Source of the DNA: Promethearchaeia archaeon
GTDB lineage: Archaea > Asgardarchaeota > Lokiarchaeia > Sigyniarchaeales > SOKP01
NCBI GenBank assembly: GCA_029856145.1
Contig: JAHQWK010000001.1
Span: forward strand, 224,001-288,000
Direction of reading: 5' to 3'
Length of the DNA stretch: 64,000 bases
The notes under the pieces were generated by a model, which saw nothing but the letters and a program-made list of their open reading frames with translations, ran no database searches and was not told the DNA's origin. Within the stretch, counting starts at the first letter, position 1. Each line of letters opens with the position of its first letter. This document shows, in pieces, positions 59,356 to 64,000 of the stretch. The position numbers and the translations under genes were made by a program.

Positions 59356-60930
59356 TTATAATAAACTTTCGCCCATGACACTTTCATGTGGTCTTTTTCC
59401 TAAAAGTTTTAATAATGTTGGAACTATATCAGTGATTTTACAATAGGGAATTTCTTTTTTAGGAATTTCCAGAGACCCCCCTATAATTAGAGGAACTGCC
59501 ATGCATTTCCGTAAACCTATATCATGATCATATAGATTATTACTTTTTTGCTTTCCATGGTGAATTCCAAATTTTATTGTCTCATCATTACATAGGATTA
59601 TATCCGCGCTTCTGGGGTTCTTTAAATGGCGAGGTATTAAATCTGGATGCATAGTATAATCCAAGTGGTATGTAGCTTCTAACCATTCTTGAGTTGAGTG
59701 GAATTTATTATCCAATAATCGACTTGCCATGGTATCATTTGTAAAATTAAAAATATCTGTATTATTATCTTCTGAGATATAACGCGTTTTGTATTCTTTA
59801 CCAATACCTTCATATTCAATCTTTCCTGTTATTATTTTACCTGTGTCTTTAATTTTTCTTTTAAGATGAATTGTACCTTTATTGTATATATTCGTTTCAT
59901 CTCTATAATACATTAAATGGCTTCCATTAATTTTAAATAATTTTTCCAAGATGTTTATTCTTTTTGAACCATAATTCTCAAGTTCTTTAAGAGTAGGGCG
60001 AGTCCAACTATTTTTAATATTTGAATTATTAATACCTTTAAAATAAAAAAATCCTACACTCGCATAATAAGCAAGATCCATATTTCCTCTTAGGTTTTTA
60101 AGAGGATGATAATTGGTTAAACTATTTTTCTTAAAAAAGTTGTTTAAATTTCCAATCTTATTAGCTTTATAATTTCCATGATCTGACGTAATTGCAATAG
60201 CTGTTTCATTTAAATAACCCAATCTCTCTAAATTTTCAATTAATACTCCGATAACTTTATCAATGTGAAGTAAATTCAATTTATAAAGATATGAGTCATA
60301 ACCATACTTATGCATTAATAGATCTGATGACATAAACCATATTGAAGAAGCGATTGGTGCCTCTGAGTTATCAAAAAATTTCTTTGGTTTTTCAAAAACC
60401 TCTATTAATTTTTGTGCAATAACGGAATTGGATCTAATCATCCTCCTTTTTACGCTAGGAAAGTATTTTAAAAAAAGATAAAACATAGTAAGTTTTGTTT
60501 TTCTCTCTGGAAAAATATAATCTGAGCCTCTGTTAATAAATTGAGCTATACTCGCTTTATTACCATCGCCCACCATTTCAAGAATGGTTCTACAATTATT
60601 TCCCATCTCCTCATTTATCTTATAAATTTGTAAGTTTTTAGAAGCGTACTCTCTTAATATGGGTGGAGCCACATCGCGATCCATCCAATTTAAGAGAGGA
60701 ATCCCATGAGACGGTTCTTTCCTAAAATCTCCTGTATAGGTTCCTGTGATTAAAGATACTTGGGTAGGGTATGTAATAGGAGGAAAATCAGTTATACAAT
60801 TTTCGCTATAAACTCCATTCTCCATTAATTTCTTTAGATTAGGAAGTAATCCCTTGTTTATGTAATCAAAGAAGTGTTCCGCTCTAACGTCATCAATGAT
60901 ACAAAGAATTATCCTATTAATCTTGTTTAT
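59356..60930 (-). CDS. Alkaline phosphatase superfamily / type I phosphodiesterase
   Basis: In-frame N-terminal IILCIIDDVRAEHF..LPNLKKLMENG upstream of the ORF-track start; FPPITYPT, SDLLMHKYG, ITSDHG, DIVPTLL; inferred ATA start. Confidence 0.85.
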   Translation of the reverse strand: MNKINRIILCIIDDVRAEHFFDYINKGLLPNLKKLMENGVYSENCITDFPPITYPTQVSLITGTYTGDFRKEPSHGIPLLNWMDRDVAPPILREYASKNLQIYKINEEMGNNCRTILEMVGDGNKASIAQFINRGSDYIFPERKTKLTMFYLFLKYFPSVKRRMIRSNSVIAQKLIEVFEKPKKFFDNSEAPIASSIWFMSSDLLMHKYGYDSYLYKLNLLHIDKVIGVLIENLERLGYLNETAIAITSDHGNYKANKIGNLNNFFKKNSLTNYHPLKNLRGNMDLAYYASVGFFYFKGINNSNIKNSWTRPTLKELENYGSKRINILEKLFKINGSHLMYYRDETNIYNKGTIHLKRKIKDTGKIITGKIEYEGIGKEYKTRYISEDNNTDIFNFTNDTMASRLLDNKFHSTQEWLEATYHLDYTMHPDLIPRHLKNPRSADIILCNDETIKFGIHHGKQKSNNLYDHDIGLRKCMAVPLIIGGSLEIPKKEIPYCKITDIVPTLLKLLGKRPHESVMGESLL

Positions 60931-61128
60931 TAAACTTCACCACGTACTATTCAGTTATATATTTACAAATTCTTTGAACCTAATAAATAATATTGAAAAT
61001 GCTAACTTGAATGACACGTAAATTTTTAGAAAATCTGAGAATCTTAAACTTGAATATTCAGCAAGATTCAAATATTTAATGAAGTTTGTAATATTAATGA
61101 AGTTATAAGGTATTTAAAGTGAATAATA

Positions 61129-62232
61129 TTGAATAGAAAAGAGATTTTTGAGATAATTAAAACGTTTTCATCAGCCAGAGCTCCTTCTGGATTAGAAAAA
61201 GCTCGTGGTGAATTATTTAAGACGGAAATAGAGAAAATTCTTGCTAATAAAGATATCAAAATAAATACTGATTCATTAAGTAACTATTTTGTTAAATTTA
61301 ATGGAAAATCGAGTAAGAAAAATATTGCTATACTAGCTCACTTGGATGAAATTGGAGGAACCATTAGAAAAATAAAAAAGAATGGCACTTTAGAGTTTTC
61401 TAAAAGGGGGGGATATGAAGGTAGATGGCTTGTTTCAAGAAAGGTATCAATTCTAAATAAAGAAGGAAAATGGATTAGTGGAGTCATAGGAGGAAGATCC
61501 CCTCATGCTACCCCTCAGAAATTAAGAGGTGAAGAAAAAGTTGAACCACATGAAATGGAAATATTTATTGGAGCAATAGATAAAGAAGAAGTAATTAATA
61601 CATTTAAAATTCATATCGGTGCGCCATTTGTATTTTCTGGAGAATTTGAACTGTTAAATGAGGTATTTAATGACAATATTATTTCTGGGTATTCAATGGA
61701 TAACTTAGTTGCATTAACAGGACTAATTCTATTAGTAAAAAAAATTGTTAATAATCTTTTAGATGAGTCAGGAAACTTAAAAAAACCATTTGATTTATAC
61801 ATTGTTGCAACCACAAGAGAGGAAATTGGCACTGAAGGCTCTTTATTCTTTGCCAGAAATAATCCTATAGATGAGATTATTGCGTTAGATATAGGACTGG
61901 TTGAAGATTTTCCAGGAACTGTAAGTTCAGATATTAAATTAAATGCTGGACCTGTAATCGTATGGCAAGAAGCGAGTGGTACGGGTGTTTTCGATTATCA
62001 ATTATGTAGAACCTTAGTAAAAGTAGCAGAACAAAACAATATAAAATACCAAGATGGAGTGTTGGAATTTTATGGCTCGGATGCTGGTAAAGTGCAAAAA
62101 TGGTTAGGTATCCCATCAGCTTTAGTTGGAATTCCCACCATGTTTGCTCATAATGTTCCTGAAATTAGTACTTTAAATGGTATTGAAGAAGCAGCGGAAT
62201 TAATTTATCAGTATCTAAAAAATCAAAATTAA
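61129..62232 (+). CDS. M42 family aminopeptidase (TET/FrvX-like)
   Basis: APSGLE, AHLDEIG, MDN, TREEIG, ALDIG, GSDAG, AHNVPE. Confidence 0.9.
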   Translation: MNRKEIFEIIKTFSSARAPSGLEKARGELFKTEIEKILANKDIKINTDSLSNYFVKFNGKSSKKNIAILAHLDEIGGTIRKIKKNGTLEFSKRGGYEGRWLVSRKVSILNKEGKWISGVIGGRSPHATPQKLRGEEKVEPHEMEIFIGAIDKEEVINTFKIHIGAPFVFSGEFELLNEVFNDNIISGYSMDNLVALTGLILLVKKIVNNLLDESGNLKKPFDLYIVATTREEIGTEGSLFFARNNPIDEIIALDIGLVEDFPGTVSSDIKLNAGPVIVWQEASGTGVFDYQLCRTLVKVAEQNNIKYQDGVLEFYGSDAGKVQKWLGIPSALVGIPTMFAHNVPEISTLNGIEEAAELIYQYLKNQN

Positions 62233-62258
62233 GAAAAAAAATCTAATATTAATAATAA

Positions 62259-62363
62259 TGGAGCCCCCGGTGGGACTTGAACCCACGACCTGCAGATTAC
62301 AAGTCTGCTGCTATACCGCTTTGCCAAATAAAGCGCTTATCATTATTTTTAAGCCACGGAGGC
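62259..62363 (-). tRNA. tRNA-Thr(UGU) with encoded CCA and a 30-nt insertion in the D loop
   Basis: Acceptor GCCTCCG/CGGGGGC, anticodon arm GCAGA-CTTGTAA-TCTGC, T arm GTGGG-TTCAAGT-CCCAC, 3' TCCA; 105 nt in total. Confidence 0.92.
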
Positions 62364-62613
62364 AAATATAGATTGAAAATCCCAATATCTATAATTATAT
62401 GAAACTATTATAAATTTTTAATTTTGTGGTTTTAGAACTAATTAAAACATTAAATTGTATCAACACAAATAGTTAAAAGGCTATTTTTCTTTTTGTTAAT
62501 CAATTACCTTATTATTGATTTTATAGTTAATTGGATAAATAAAATAACCTCTGAAATCGCGGAGGTTAGCTAAAATAAAATACTCGGAAAATTAACACCA
62601 CGAGGAAGAAAAA

Positions 62614-62955
62614 ATGACCATTAATAAAGAAGAAATTACAAAATTGGCATTCAAGATATATAAAGAAAATCAGCCTCTTGAGAAGTCTATTTGGAGACTT
62701 GCCGAATTATGCGTCACGATAAATAGAAACGTTAAAAATGGATTTGATATTAAACCGTTGGAAACAGATAATCTAATTCTTTTAATACGAGAGGACGTTG
62801 ATGGTGTATTAATTTCACCTTCTGAAATTGAAATTAGAGAAGTCGCAGAAATTATATTTAATGAAGGTCCGTCAAAAAGCGAGCTGGATTGGTATATAGC
62901 TGAAAAACAACTTCTTTTAGAAGAATTAAAGAAAATTATTGATAATAACAGGTAG
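62614..62955 (+). CDS. Hypothetical protein with two DUF2934-like helical units
   Basis: EEITKLAFKIYKE..SIWRLAE and EIREVAEIIFNE..LDWYIAE. Confidence 0.6.
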   Translation: MTINKEEITKLAFKIYKENQPLEKSIWRLAELCVTINRNVKNGFDIKPLETDNLILLIREDVDGVLISPSEIEIREVAEIIFNEGPSKSELDWYIAEKQLLLEELKKIIDNNR

Positions 62956-63119
62956 TAGCTGAGTTTCATATATATTAATCGGTTTGTTCTCTTTTCTTTG
63001 TAAAATCATTTTATATTAATTAGTAAATTAAATATTAAAGAAGGACTAGTCGGTATTAAAATAAATATTATACTAATTATTTATAATAGACATTAAGATA
63101 TTATTTTTTATTGGTATTT

Positions 63120-64000
63120 ATGCCGCCTCCAAAAAAGAAAAAGCTTGACGATAAGGAACAAACTTCGCTTTTCTCCTTTGTTGATAAGAAAGAAGAGAAA
63201 AAAGAAAAATCTCCAGAAACAACTAAAGAACCTAAAATTGAAAAGTCTAAAGAAGAAAAAGTAATAAAAGTAGCACCCCCTAAAGTAGAGGAAATCACAA
63301 AAGATTTACCTTCAAAATTGTATTTCAAGGGAAATGATGAACCCTTTGGTTTAAAAGCAGGAAATATCAAATTACCTAAAGTTTTACGAGAAAGTGTGTC
63401 TTCAACATACCTTCGATACTTGATTGAAAAAGGAGAAATAGTAGAAGATATGGAACGAGGATTGTTACTTGATGTTGATTATGATGGTGGACAAAACAAA
63501 GCATATTGTAAATTTTACGATTTAGAAACTGATGATATAAAGATTTGGATTGACACTACTGATCATGAGCCTTATTGTTTAAGCAAAGAATCGATAAATG
63601 AATTAGAAAACATTATTGAATTAAAAGATTATGAAGGATTCACTAGATTTGAAGAAATCGAGAAATTAGATTTGTTAAAAGACAAAAAAATACCAATGAC
63701 AAAAATTTATGGTAAAACACCTTCGGATATTGGAGGTTCTGGTACAAATATCAGAAATATTTTAAGCAAAAACAATAAAAAAGCTTGGGAAGCAGATATT
63801 AGATATCATTTAAACTATATTTTTGATAGACAACTAATTCCTGGATTAATTTATAGTATTCAGGGTGGTCAAATCAAAAAGTTAAGTTTTGAAAAGGATT
63901 CAGAAGAATCAAAGAGAATGGCAAAAGAATTACGTGATCAATTTAAAGATGAATCTCCAGAAATCCAAGAATTCTCGGAAAAGTTTTTGGATATATTGCT
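63120..64000 (+). CDS. polB1: Family B DNA polymerase PolB1 (DNA polymerase I type), N-terminal part; missing from the ORF track
   Basis: Open frame from ATG 63120 to the window end: LLLDVDYDGGQNKAYCKFYD, WIDTTDHEPYC, WEADIRYHLNYIFDRQLIPG; N-terminal QTSLFSF PIP-like box. Confidence 0.85.
   Translation, partial: MPPPKKKKLDDKEQTSLFSFVDKKEEKKEKSPETTKEPKIEKSKEEKVIKVAPPKVEEITKDLPSKLYFKGNDEPFGLKAGNIKLPKVLRESVSSTYLRYLIEKGEIVEDMERGLLLDVDYDGGQNKAYCKFYDLETDDIKIWIDTTDHEPYCLSKESINELENIIELKDYEGFTRFEEIEKLDLLKDKKIPMTKIYGKTPSDIGGSGTNIRNILSKNNKKAWEADIRYHLNYIFDRQLIPGLIYSIQGGQIKKLSFEKDSEESKRMAKELRDQFKDESPEIQEFSEKFLDIL

Noticed and set aside
62259-62300. tRNA 3' end as an integration site
   Set aside because: No duplicate of the tRNA 3' end and no integrase seen in the window; flanking genes look chromosomal
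62545-62568. Hairpin TAACCTCTG-AAATCG-CGGAGGTTA hiding a GGAGGT
   Set aside because: About 45 nt from the start codon, too far to gate translation; no other support
2530-63370. Short ORF-track entries antisense to or nested in longer genes (e.g. 4335-4619, 11143-11463, 20633-21112, 34456-34902, 52256-52672, 62670-62969, 63101-63370)
   Set aside because: They overlap well-supported genes and show no family motifs; treated as shadow ORFs

Overview
AT-rich archaeal chromosomal window, most consistent with an Asgard archaeon (Lokiarchaeia-like). The basis is a Rab-like small GTPase, a longin-like protein, expanded acyl-CoA ligases and crotonases, GGTGA/GAGGTGA ribosome-binding sites and archaeal information-processing genes. 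It holds a three-gene RFC clamp-loader cluster, a stand-alone proteasome alpha subunit and PolB1 (truncated by the window end). It also holds a split RadA-like / small helical protein / PolB2 damage-tolerance module, a Liv-type ABC transporter ending in a HEAT-repeat gene, a phosphate locus (PhoU, two DUF47, PiT, phosphodiesterase), peptidases and tRNA-Thr(UGU) with a 30-nt D-loop insertion. Two giant orphan-like proteins stand out: a 1525-aa helical-bundle repeat protein and a 2990-aa membrane protein built partly from tandem 4-TM repeats. Signals missing from the ORF track include a 105-bp degenerate duplication of the radA-like 3' end that brackets a longin + 7TM gene pair, several gene remnants (sirtuin, DUF3795, Zn finger, aminotransferase), apparent ATA/ATT/CTG start codons, small ORFs and palindromic operator candidates. 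No CRISPR array, rRNA, integrase or transposase was seen. All family calls are by motif recognition; no searches were run.
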